Assembly: GCA_024137785.1 (NCBI GenBank)
Contig: JAHRHZ010000013.1
Span: forward strand, 16,558,251 to 16,622,250
Source: Ginglymostoma cirratum
Lineage: Eukaryota
DNA length: 64,000 bases
Reading direction: 5' to 3'
Under the pieces are notes generated by a model. It saw only the letters and a program-made list of their open reading frames with translations, made no database searches and was not told the DNA's origin. This document shows, one piece after another, positions 1 through 11,610 of this stretch (the first letter of the stretch is position 1; each line of letters begins with the position of its first letter). The translations under genes were made by a program, and so were the position numbers.

Positions 1-310
1 TTAGAATCTTACAGAACTCAATTAGATCTCCTCCAATTCTTCTAAACTCCAGAGGATATAGGCTTAAATTGCTCAACCTCTCTTCAGAAGACAAGCCCTT
101 CATCTCTGGAATCAATTTAGTAAATCTCCTCTGAACTGCCTCTAATAAAACTATATCCTCCCTCAAATAAGGAGACTAAAATTGTAAGCAATGCCCCAGC
201 TGAAAAAAATATTTTCCTATTTTTATACACAATTCCTTTAGCAATAAGGGCCAAAATTCCATCTGCCTTCCTTATTACCTGCTGGAACTGCATACTGGTT
301 TTCTGCAATT
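1..310 (-). mobile_element. CR1-clade LINE fragment (3' part of ORF2)
   Basis: Minus strand reads like the CR1 ORF2 C-terminus (QQVIRKADGILALIAKGIVYK, then an LEE..RRDLIE..KIL-like segment). Confidence 0.85.
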
Positions 311-324
311 TATGTATAGTTATT

Positions 325-754
325 CCAACTTATACCAGGACAAAATATACAAGTTTGAGATTTTCACACAAAAGACATGACTTTGTGAAAAGGTACTAGA
401 TTCTGTTTCCAGCCTCAGTCAAATAACAATATAATGAACAATGGTCAAGTCCTGTGAACAAACAGATGACATATCAGAACTGCATATTATCAACCACCCA
501 TCACACAGGACCATTTCTTGGGTACTGAAGATATCACTCCAGACAACACACACAAAGCTATGGCAAATACCGCATCAACCTGCAGTACCCAAGAGAATGA
601 AGCTATACTGCTCAGTTGTGATTTGTCTATAAGGACCCAATCTGTTCATGCTACACCTGCCAAGGCATTATCTGAATGAATAGAGATAATTAAGTATCCA
701 CATCCTATATATGTTATTGGAAAAGATTTCCATTCTTTAAAGGGAAAGGGAGAA
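325..754 (+). mobile_element. Gypsy LTR retrotransposon remnant: integrase C-terminus and polypurine tract
   Basis: aatggtcaagtcctgtgaacaaacagatgacatatcaga translates NGQVL*TNR*HIR, a decayed GQVLRRNRRHLR motif. A purine tract aaagggaaagggagaa ends at 754. Confidence 0.6.
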
Positions 755-1078
755 TGTTGTATTGTGACATAGATTCTAGACACTCAAGCACTGTACCTTT
801 TAGACAAGTACATGACACTACAACATGTGACGTTCTGGGATAAAGGTACCTGTCTTATCTGCAGTCACTGTATCTGTAATTCAGAACATGAGGTCAGTCA
901 GTTATGTATGTCATAGCTACATTAACATCAGTAAGCAAAGAACCTTGGCAGTGTAAGTCATGTAATTCTTCCAGACTTGTAAATAGTTAGTGTAAATAAA
1001 CTTCATGATTGCTGAATCAACTGAACCCTACTAACTATGGTATCTCTTACGTGGACTAATATATACAAAGAACCACAA
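755..1078 (+). mobile_element. Probable 3' LTR of the preceding Gypsy remnant
   Basis: Starts TGTTGT directly after the polypurine tract, contains AATAAA (~995) and ends near aaccaca. The end is approximate. Confidence 0.5.
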
Positions 1079-2298
1079 ATATCATCAGCAATGGCAAAAA
1101 ACAAAAGGATTTGAATATAACTATCTACTGTGGAAGGCTGTTGTTAACCAGTCTAACCAACCAATGGGATTGATCTAAAGGCCAACTGATTCTCAGTCAA
1201 AACAAGTTACAGGATATTGAAATTCTAATAATTGATTTTTTCCAACCATACCATGAATAGTGTGCATAATTTATATCCCAATGCCTTCAGAGTCGTCCAT
1301 ATTCTATGGAGGTGTTCTAAAATCAACAGGTCGTTCCAGAACTAAAATTGCAAATTTACCATCATTAATGGAGAAAACAAAATGAAAGCATTAACCAGAT
1401 GTTGTTTCAAATTGCTGAATGTTGCTTAAACAAACTGTTAAATTTAAACCGTGATTATAGTTATACCTGATCTGAGTACAAAATTGGAAGTTTAAATCTG
1501 ATTTAGAAATTGGACATATTATGCTTTCTCAAACAAGTAAGGATACGTGAAGTAGAATCCAATAAATAATTTAACAGTGTGTCAACATCCTTGAAGGTGA
1601 AAGGGACAAGTTTGTTTCATGGAAATTTCAGTAAGGGTCTTTTAATGCATAGGTTTCCTGCACTATTAAATATATTTGGTGGATACTTGCAAATTCAGGG
1701 TTTGCTGTCCTTCTCAACATCCAAGTCCATGAGGTTATAGAATCTGAGTCATCTAGAAATATAATCAATTAATCAGTTAGTTTGAATATACTTCTGCTGT
1801 TCAGGGATTATTAAGCTTTGACAGGAGTCTTGCCATTTCCAGAGAACATAGTTCAATAACCTACCTGTTCTGTTCAATTCTGGTCTGATCGAAAACTTCT
1901 AACAGTCACTTCAGTTCAGAATTGTACTTTGTATGTTGTCAGTCTGAAGACAATGTTGAGGTACATTTTTCTGCAGCTTTTAAGCTTAGCACTGCAAAAG
2001 GTGTCTCCTCCACTCACCATCAACATTGGCACCACTTGATTAATTAGGAACATGTTCAGCAATTTTACGTTTTAGATAGTTTTATATTTTAACTTCTAGC
2101 AATTAGAAAATGCTTTACATCTGAGTACTGCACTTGTTAAACTGGTAGTACGAGAAACGAGTGCTTGTTTTAAATATGTTGACACTGACACAGTTAAGCA
2201 TGGCACATTGATAAATAAAAATTGCCTGTACTGTCAAGTTGGATAGATTCCCTGCCATCAACATTGGCGTAAGTGATATCAAGTAGAATACACATCAC

Positions 2299-2597
2299 CA
2301 GGCGACTGTCTGTGTGGAGTTTGCACATTCTCACTGTGTCTGCATGGGTTTCCTCCGTGTGCTCCGGTTTCCTCCCACTATGCAAAGATGTGCAGGTTAG
2401 GTGGATTGGCCATGCTAAATTTTCCATAGTGTCCAGGGATGTGTAGGTTAGGTGCAATAACCATAGGAAATACAGGGTTACAGGGATTAGGTCGGGGTGG
2501 GGGGGTGAGTTTGGGTGAGATGCTCTTTGGAGAGTCGGTGTGGATTTGTTGGGCCAAATGGCCCGTTTCTGCACTGTAGGGATTCTATGATTCTACG
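2299..2597 (+). mobile_element. HE1-like shark SINE, 5'-truncated
   Basis: Body ggcgactgtctgtgtggagtttgcacattctc...ggtttcctccc, CR1-like tail ending gggattctatgattcta. Similar to four other copies in the window. Confidence 0.9.
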
Positions 2598-4439
2598 AGA
2601 TACTTTTGTAAATGTAATTTTATAAGTCTGCAACAAACAGTTGTGAAAATTGGAAATTTAGAGATATGCAATTGAGGGACCAGCCTCTACACTAAAAATG
2701 CAGAGTCATTAAGTGGCCTCCTGAGAATCATTTCAAATTGTGCACACTTTTAAAAAGTATAGTTTCAAAGTGTCCATCGAATCTATGGACACACAAAGTG
2801 TCTATGGAATCATAGGGAAGATACTTAATAGTACATAGTTCATGGACAAAAGTGATCCAGGCAAATTTTCCCACCCTGCGTCAATAGAGTGAGCCTACAG
2901 TGTAGGCCTCCCATCATTGGTATGATAATAAAGTGTTACTTTGTGAACTTTGGCAGGCTCAGCAGTCGCAATTCCAGCCAGATGCAGTTTAACAAATACA
3001 CCAGGATACACCCACAAAGACCCCCAAGATCTCCATATTCTTCGGGGCTCAAATGTTTTGCAAACAATTTAAGTGAAGAAATCATGAGAATTTCACAACA
3101 ATTTGTGAGGGTATCGGAGAGGGGACCTTTGCATGGCTGAGAATGTTTGTCACCTCATTTTGAACAGATTGTGCTTTGTAATGGCTAGAACTAAAAACCC
3201 AAATGAATCTGACTTTGTGATGATAAAGTTTTGAAGTAGGGTTTCATTAACAATGGTGCAAGTGTATGGGCATATTTGTGTGATGTCTGAAAGGAGAAGG
3301 AATATAGTTTTTATAATGACTAATCACACTCCAAGCCAACTAGGACTAGTTGGTCAGTCAATGTCAGCTGAAAGAAAGGTCAGCCACAATTGTCAGTCTC
3401 TTAAATGTGTAGTAAATGAGTCTTTTGACCACGGCATGAGACCAGACTTTTAGCAATCAACAGATACTGATCAGTTTACCAGGCGTTTATTTCATACAAA
3501 ATGAAAACACTATACTCATCTGAGGGTGAGGCAGCCTTCTCCCAGATGAGTTACTGCTGAGGACACCATCTATCTTTTGCTAATTAAATCCTGGAAAAGT
3601 GATTGTGGGAATAAAAATTTACATTGTAAGGATTGCTTAAAAAATTGGGATGACTTTTTTTCAAAAAGCTGAGACGTTGAAATGGCTAATTGCAGTGGTG
3701 AAGATTATGCAGAGAATGACAAATGTGGACCACAGTGCAGATTGATCGGTGCAGAAAATGTTAAATGCAGATTACACAGAGCGATCACTTTTATAACCAT
3801 TAATAAAGCATTCATGTTAGAATTTGCCCACAAGTAATAGTTTTTTTAAACTTGCTTCATTAAAGAAGGTCCAGCTAATCAAAGTTCACTTCAATTGGCA
3901 TAACAAAATTGTACATTGCAAAATTATAAGCAGCATTAAGACCACAATTTAAACATTTTAGTTGGGTTCCTGTCTGTCCACCTCAACGTTTGCTCAAAAT
4001 TGAGCTGGGGGGCCTCAGGAAATCAGAAAGTAATAGCTCATAACAAAAAAAAACTTTGTGAACAGTGTAGTAGACAGGCAAAAGTTGCCTCATTGTTTCA
4101 ATGGTAATATAGTTTTCATGTGACAAAGAAGAAATTTTGCAAACAAATCTTCTAGTAAGGCCATTAACACCGAACTGCTATTTCCTACTCTGAGGTTTGT
4201 TAACTGGATTGGTTTAATTGTTCAAAATTATTACAAATCTATTCTTCTCCAGTACTGAACAGTTTTTCTCAACATTTGCCAGCCAGTAGTTGAACAATAT
4301 GGTGCAACCTTTCAAAAACATAAAATAAATCTGACAAAAATGAATAGTTACCAATTCTCTTCATTGAATACGATTTACAAATCAAAATGCTTCATTACAA
4401 AATGCTGTATTTAAGATTTAAAAGGTGTAAGAACACAGC

Positions 4440-4760
4440 AAAAAGCCTTATCAACATCATTACAGTGCGCCTAACTGAAAACTATGAGCACTTAGTGGGC
4501 ATAATCGCTTTAACAGCCTGACAATTTTTAATTAACAAAGCATAATACTGAGAAATGACTTAGAAATGGTGCATATTATTATAATTTCCCATTAGGACAA
4601 ACAAAAACATTAAAGCAGCTACTTCTATTTCATGGAGTAACCTTTAACCTGAATTCTTCCTGTAACAGATGAGGGCTAAATTTACTGTGACAGCATCTAA
4701 TCACATTTGATCTGGCTTATGATTTGACAGCTCCTGTACCACAGTAATAGCACAAAGAAA
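4440..4760. promoter_or_regulatory. Candidate conserved non-coding element / developmental enhancer
   Basis: Repeat-free AT-rich island with TAATTA, AACAAAG, TAATC and two TGACAG motifs. Motif evidence only. Confidence 0.3.
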
Positions 4761-6744
4761 ATGATCCCCAGTCATGAAAAATGAACTTGGAAGCTCTGCA
4801 TGTATGAATGTCTTAAGGAAAGAACATTCATATGTTAAAACAGCAAATACACTTTATCTTCTATGGGCCTTCATTTAGAACATTCATCTGTCTTTTTCCT
4901 TTCAAATGCGGACCAATCCATTTTTTTTAGCTTCACTTTTCTCTCTAGATAGCAAGTCACTAGTTACTTCATTAAGCATCTTTATCCCAATGCCTAATAT
5001 GTAACCAAATTAAATATCGATCCATTTATCATTCCGATGGAACATTATCACTTGATGCTTATTTACTCAAACAGCTCCCCCATAAATTTTTTCAACTCAT
5101 GCGGGAAAAGGGTACAGAGCTGGGAGGTTTTAAACATAACCTTCATTTCCTTGAATTTTTTTTTGCCTATTAGTGAATGGTATTACACTGTGTGCAGTTT
5201 TACAAAAGGGCCAAGCTGTTCACTTCTAGCATGAGAACAATGATGCTGCCTCTGGACAAATCCCTGATATGTCTTCTTGGCTCGATGTAAACAGCAAAAA
5301 TTCATTCAGCTGATTCTACTTTGTATAACTTGGAATAATGCACCAAACCATAAGCAACATTTTAGGTATAAATGGCTTGTCGCAAATTTTCATTTACATC
5401 CAAAGGCACAGTGTGCCCTTTTTTAAATACATTGCCCAGTGCAGTATTATTCACTGCCCAGTTTATGTTAATTTAGCTAATGTCAAATTGAAAAGGTCTG
5501 AAACACACAGGATTGGACAGAGGTCCAGTGATCTCACTGGACAGTTTGTATATTTAAGTAAGAATTTCCCCTCTTGTCATTTGTAGAAACATCATAAATG
5601 TATTCTTTAGGATCTTGTTAAAGCAAATGGAGAAATTCCTGCACTCCACTGCACTCATGGACAGGGGCTTAGAGCAGAATGCCACACCAACTCCAATCAT
5701 ATGGGCATGCACAGCACCACTGATGTCCAAAGGACCCCCACCACTTCACTTCACTCACAACTCCACTCAATGTCCTGTTCTCCCATCCCACCTAGCATCT
5801 TCAGTGGCTAGCTCTCCCATTCCTCACCTCCTCCCACTGACCACTTCGCTTGGCAGCCCCTCTCCACTTTGGAACATTGCTTCCCACCTCCTTGGTCACT
5901 CTCAACCTCCCACAGCTCCTCTCCCACTCACCTCCTTTCTCTCTCGCTGTTAGAGATAGTGAACAGTGACACAGCATGGTGGTGAGGGGATTGAGGCAGT
6001 GAGGGATTAGGACCAAGGCGAATAAACTTCTGGAATGAGGCAGTGAGCAAGCTGAGACCTCCGGACTTGAATTCAATGAAAAACATTTGCAAAACCGCCA
6101 TTTTATTGCTTCTACCTGATGCAGACACCGTGCTACTGCATTGCTGGCAGTGATATCACAGACACCATGAGAGAACTGAGAGTGGCCTCCTGCTACTGTG
6201 GACCCAACAGAAACAGCCTAAAACGAAAGCTGTCCTTGACATGTAAATTGGTGAACTATTGAAACAGGTTCCCAACAAGGTTGCTGAAGTATTGCCACAG
6301 GATGTATTTAAGAAACAGCAAGATGTGGTAATGAGAATTCAGTTAGCAAAGTTGAGTCGATGTAGAAGTCTGGCCATGAGCTTACTGAATGTCAGATCAT
6401 TTATTATAGTTGTTCCAAACAAGCCAATACTCCCCATTTACTCATGACAGACATGCATGGAATTTAGTCGTCCCAACATGGGACAAGACAAAGGGGGCCT
6501 GGGAGCAGCCAGAACCTCCACTTCCAGCGAGAGTAGCTGAGTGAGTGCAATTCTACAGCTGCCAGCCAATAAACATGAGGGAGACTTGATGTGATCAGGA
6601 TGGAAAAGTAGCAAGGTCAGAGGTACAGGCACCATTTTTAATCATCACTTGACTTGCATCCAGTGCCATGCTAATGGTACCTGTTTTTCAGAATAAGCTA
6701 CATGAGCCCAGGATTACCAGCTCCGCCTCCGGATTCAGGCAGTG

Positions 6745-7370
6745 CATGGCTCAAAGCAGACACTGTGTGGTGCCACAGTTTGGCGTTGTCTCACTGTAGC
6801 TTCTCTTCCAGGCTGCCTAGAAATGGTGAGAGGTTTACTGATGGCACCAGGAGACCTTCCTGTCTGACTAAGGAGACCTGGATGGAGATCGCAAAGGATT
6901 TGAACCACATTTGGGGGCCCCTTGTCCACCTGTGTCCAATGCAGGGAAAGTGTCAATGACCGCTCTGCACCACCATAACTTATACCATGATAGCTTTAGG
7001 TTAGAGCAGCTTTCATGAGGGTAGCGAGCAATGGGTCTCAGCGATGGAAGGCACGCAAATGAGTCATAGCCTCAGATGCAGCGTGAGGTTAGAATAGATC
7101 TGGGTCCAAGCCTTCAGGGTCATACTTCCATCATGGTTCAAGTGGTGTGTGATTGAGAATGTGGACGGATTATCGAGTAGACTTCATCATTTGACACAGG
7201 AATGCTGATAAGGTGCCAATTCGCGCTGAAATATATTCTCATCTGTCTGCAAGGAAAAAATGGCAGATAGTACCAAACAGCATCAAGAAACAGATGGAGG
7301 AGTACACATTGGATGGCTCACACATACAGCGGAGAATGTAGTGGAATTGGCTGGACAACAGAGCAGCTAA
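6745..7370 (+). pseudogene. PIF/Harbinger Myb/SANT-like DNA-binding gene remnant (two exons)
   Basis: Exon 1 reads DGTRRPSCLTKETWMEIAKD...TCVQCRESVND (W..IA...TW.QCRK..NDL motif). After an intron, ag|EKMADSTKQHQETDGG...ENVVELAG resembles the EK.AHN.RE..TGGG...E..ALE.AG motif. Confidence 0.7.
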
Positions 7371-7403
7371 GAAATTGCAGTTGGCATCGAACATAATATA
7401 ACA

Positions 7404-7900
7404 ATTTATTGTTTCTTGTATTCATGAAAATACAGTAAAATGTGTATAAGTCACCATAATCTGGTGCCATTTTAATTACATAAATTATAAAAAGAAGTAG
7501 TCCTCACAAAGTTGAGACAAATTTCACTTTTTGTTCCATTCACAGCTTCTTGATTTCTTCAGTGGCTACAGGACACCGCCTCACTCCGCAGCTGCTAAAG
7601 CTGTCCCTCAGGACGCCTCAATGCTGCCGATACTCCAGCTGCCACCATCGCAAGGAGACTAACCCAAATCTTGAGGACTGAGGCCCATCTCAACTTCCGA
7701 GGACCAAAGGACCATCTAAATGAACTCCCAAGGACTGAGGAATCATTCACTTGGCTGCTATTGCAGACCTCACCGAAAGACCAGAGGAAAAGAACAGACC
7801 CCAAATCATCAACGCTGGAGCTGTAGCTCAAGCTAAGATCACCATGGCCACAAAGAGAGGACCAGATCCTCCGCTCAACAGCTCCCTGCAACCGCTCTCC
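7404..7900 (-). mobile_element. Unclassified non-LTR or non-autonomous retroelement fragment
   Basis: Left end (tttattg...aatacagtaaaa) resembles the reverse complement of the tail of the Rex1-like element at ~60090-60125. The body is GC-richer with short internal repeats. Confidence 0.35.
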
Positions 7901-8145
7901 ACTAGGATGAGATGAGATATGTTTTCACCCAGAGGGTGGGGGGAATCTACCTTAAGGGCAGTAGAAGCATACCCAGCCTCAGGCAACCAGAGAACAGTTG
8001 CCAATGTCACCAAAGGCAATGAGACAGAGCACTCAGTAACCAGCTTCCACCTCAGCTGCAGATATTGGCGTGACAACATACTACAGTGTGGATATGCTCA
8101 GTGATTGCACAGTGCCCATATGTTAAACTGCAGTCTATATTACTG

Positions 8146-8266
8146 AGATAACAAGCATGGGGCTGGATGAACACAGCAGGTCAAGAAGCATCATAGGAGC
8201 AGGAAAACTTGACGTTTCGGGCCTAAACCCTTCATCAGAAAATATTATTGAAAATATCAGAAAATA
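8146..8266 (-). mobile_element. Penelope-like element terminal fragment with 12-bp TSD
   Basis: tctatattactg at 8134-8145 and 8267-8278. Body matches the copies at 18707, 42842 and 57133. Confidence 0.8.
8211..8238 (-). ncRNA. Minimal type-I hammerhead ribozyme motif
   Basis: Minus strand reads CUGAUGA-A-GGGU(UUAG)GCCC-GAAAC-GUC: catalytic core, 4-bp helix II and a palindromic ACGU in place of helix III. Confidence 0.65.
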
Positions 8267-9089
8267 TCTATATTACTGTATGACAATGTAGTCTTGTTCG
8301 CTTTATTCATGTGTGGTGCATAGTCTTGTGCTGGGACTCAGTTAGCAAAGTGAACACTTGCAGAATGAGGTGAAGGGGAAGGTATTGGAATCTCTGTGAT
8401 TTGGCTGACAAGCGTACAGTAGCGTGTTGGAGTACACAGACGACTTGCTGTTGAACAGAGACACAGAGCACCTATAGGTATGAGGAGGTAAGTTGTTTAC
8501 CTCTGTAAGGCATCAGCCTTACTGGAAACTGGAGCCAGAACCCAACATACATACTTCCTTGATCTGATCTCTACTCCCCATCCTCCTCATCGGATTGACA
8601 GTGTGATACTCTGTTTCCTTCACTGGCAAAATCCCACCTCTCTGGGCCACTCGGCCTCCCCTTTGATGTTTCCCAATCTCCTCTTGCCCTTCCAAAAAAT
8701 ATCTCCGAGCACTGACAGTAGCTCCAATCCACCCACTTTCTACTTTGAAGATTGATGCATTGCTCACTGCCAGATTTATTTGGTTAGGAATTCCATGCAA
8801 CATCACCTTAATTGCTCGGAAAGCATATAATTGTGAAAAAGTTGTTGCTTAATGAACATTGATTGCTTGCAAAATCCTCACAATCAACTTCCCTCCACAT
8901 GCCAATGGCACTGCTATCTGGCTTATGCCCACCACTGGAATAATTCAGATCTTCCATCAGACATGACACTGCGCATCCTGCACTTTTCAATGGCTCCAAG
9001 AGAAATCACTTGTGATCTCATGAGGACCTATCAAATCTCCGGATCTTGGCTGTCAGTATTGTATTTGAGGAGATTCAGGGTAGTCCAGC

Positions 9090-10262
9090 AAATCATGAGT
9101 GGGCTAAAACTCAGCAGAGGTAATATAATGTGGGAAAATGTGAGGTTCGGCACTTTGGCAGGAAGAATAGAGAAGCTGAGCATTATTTACATGGAGGAAG
9201 ACTGAAGACAGCAACAGAACAGAAGGATTTGGGAGTCTTCGCCCATGAATTACTACATGCTGACATCCAAATTCAGCGGGTAATTGGTTATGCAGACGGA
9301 ATGTTGGCTTTATTTCAAAAGGGAATGGAGTAGAAAAGTAGGGAGCTTTTGCTAAAATGATACAAAGCACTAGTTAGAGCAGAGCTGCAATACAGAGAAA
9401 GGTATTCAATACAAGAGGTACCGGAATTGGAGACATTCTGGAGAAGGCCCACCAGATTGATAATAATTATGCAGAGACTGGCTTAAGAGGAAGGATTGAG
9501 TAGATTGGGCCTGTATTGAATTTAGAAAAACGAGAGGTGACCCTCCTGAAATACACAAGATTCTTAAGGAACTTGACGGGATAGATATGGAAAGGTTATT
9601 TCCTCTTATGGGAGAGTCTAGGACCAGAAAACATAATCTCGAAGTATGGCATTACATGTTTAAAACAGAGATGAGGAGGAATTTTTTTCTCTCAGATGCT
9701 TGTAAAACAGTGGAATACCTTACAACTGTGGGTTGTTGAAACTGAGTTATTAAGGACCTTCAAGGCTGAGAGAGACAGATTTTTAACCAGTAGAGGGAAT
9801 CAAGGATATTGGAGAAAGGCAGGAAAGTGGAGTTGAGGATTATCATATCAGGGCATCATGGCGGCTCAGTGGTTAGCACTGCTGCCTCACAGCGCCAGGG
9901 ACCCACATTCAATTCCAGCCTCAGGCAACTGTCTATGTGGAGTCTGCACATTCGCCTCTGTGTCTGCCCAAATTTCCGCTGGGTGCTCTGGTTTCCTCCT
10001 GCAATCCAAAGATGTACAGGTGAGGGGACTGTCCATGCTAAATTGCCCATAGTATCCAGGCATGTAAAAGTTAGTTGGATTAGTCACAGGAAATGCAGGG
10101 TTACAGGGACAGGGTAGGGGGCTGAATCTGGGAGGGATGCTCCTCAGAGGATTGGTGTGGCCTGTTTCTACACTGCAGGGATTCTATCCTATATCAGCCA
10201 CAGTCTCACTGAATGGGGGGGCTAATGGCCTACTTCTGCTCCAGGTATCTTACAGTCTTATG
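9090..10262 (+). mobile_element. CR1 LINE 3' fragment interrupted by a SINE at 9852-10190
   Basis: NVGKCEVRHFGRKN...QKDLGV motif. The CR1 3' UTR resumes after the SINE (atcagcc...aatggcctacttctgctcc). Confidence 0.9.
9852..10190 (+). mobile_element. HE1-like SINE, full-length
   Basis: tRNA-like head with A-box (ggctcagtgg) and B-box-like (ttcaattcc), HE1 body and gggattcta tail. Flanked by atatcag on both sides. Confidence 0.9.
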
Positions 10263-10381
10263 CACAGACAAAGCAGCAGAGTCTAGGCAGGTGCCTAGCG
10301 GAGCACACATGCCACCTTGTTTAGCACCTGCCAGTCCACAGTTACTCTCTCTGAGGTAAGACTGCACTTTTCTATTTTTGT

Positions 10382-10702
10382 TTAGAATTCACACAGAATC
10401 CCTACAGTGTGGAAACAGGCCCTTCGGTCCAACAAGTCCACACCGATCCTTGGAGCATCCCACCCAGACCCTTCCCCTTATAAACCACACATCCCTGAAC
10501 ACTATGGGCAATTTAGCATGGCCAATCCACCTAGTCTGCACATCTTTGGACTGTGGGAGGAAACCTGAGCACCCGGAGGAAACCCACGCAGACACGGGGA
10601 GAACATCAAACTCCATGGAGAAAGTCACCCAAGGGTGGAATTGAACCTGTGTCTCTGGAGCTGTGAGGCAGCAGTGCAAACCACTGAGCAACTGTGCTGC
10701 CC
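10382..10702 (-). mobile_element. HE1-like SINE
   Basis: Reverse complement of the same family, from agaatccctacagtgtggaaacaggcc to ccactgagcaactgtgctgccc. Confidence 0.9.
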
Positions 10703-11164
10703 CTCTAGAGGACAGAAACAAATACAACGTATTTGTTTAGGCCAAACCTATTGTTTTTCTGTAGAAGTTGATTGGCCAAGTATTGCTGTAGTTCTGACTT
10801 GCACAAAGAAGGAGCTCCGGGCCTAGTGACTGCTGTTTTCTGTACACTAGTGAGCAATGGTTTCCGGGATTGTACCTGTGGTGTCAGCATTCCTTAAAAC
10901 AGCTTCAGATTTAAGGCCTTATTCAGAGGTCACTGGGATCAACTTTCTTTCACCACATACCCTGTGGTGAGTTTCTCCCATGACGTTGATTGCCAACTAG
11001 TCGGGCAAACATTTTATGAAATTATCAAAAAGTTCCGCTCTCCAGTTCTGTCTTCAGTCGCTTGTTTTAACCTAAAAAAGAGGTTTGCAGCTTGGCTTAG
11101 AGGCCCTGAATGAACGCCAGGGCAAACTCTTCACTAGGTCAGATCTAGTTCATGAGGCATAACA

Positions 11165-11330
11165 TTCACAGAGTTAATATTTTGAGTCCGGTAAGACTTG
11201 CCTTCAGATCTGCTCTGATGAAGTCATCCCAGTCTTAGAACGTTGACTCTGTTTTCCTCTCCACAGATGCTACCAGACCTGCTGAGTTTCTCCAGCAGCC
11301 TCAGATTTGCAGCATCCAAATATTTTGCTT
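11165..11330 (+). mobile_element. Decayed Penelope-like terminal repeat with partial inverted arm
   Basis: ctgatgaag...gaacgttgactctgttttcctctccacagatgct.ccagacctgctgagtttctccagc, preceded by a partial inverted copy. Confidence 0.65.
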
Positions 11331-11394
11331 TAATAGCACTTACAAGCCCTGGTATAGCCATTGCCCTCTCTCTACCACAATACAGGGGCAATTA

Positions 11395-11610
11395 TTGTTT
11401 ATCTGTCAGAGGGCTGTGGAAGCTCAATGTTTGAGTATGCTTAATGTGGAGATTGACAGATCTATGATTATCAATGGTGTAAAAAGGTATTGGGATAGTA
11501 TGGATAATAGACATTGAAACGTTCAAGCAGCCACGATTGTAGTAAATTGAGGAGCATGTACGATGTACGATGGACTGGATGGCCTACTTCTGTTCCTACA
11601 TTCCTATGAT
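11395..11610 (+). mobile_element. CR1 LINE 3' end
   Basis: gagggctgtggaagctc...gagattgacagat...ggcctacttctgttcctacattcctatg, the typical CR1 tail. Confidence 0.75.

Noticed and set aside
5640-6200. Pyrimidine-rich, GC-richer segment with ORFs of 66-112 aa
   Set aside because: Low-complexity peptides with no family motif. Probably an old repeat, but unassignable.
9852-9925. tRNA-like A and B boxes as a tRNA gene
   Set aside because: They are the head of a SINE and continue into the repeat body. The same applies to the other SINE heads.
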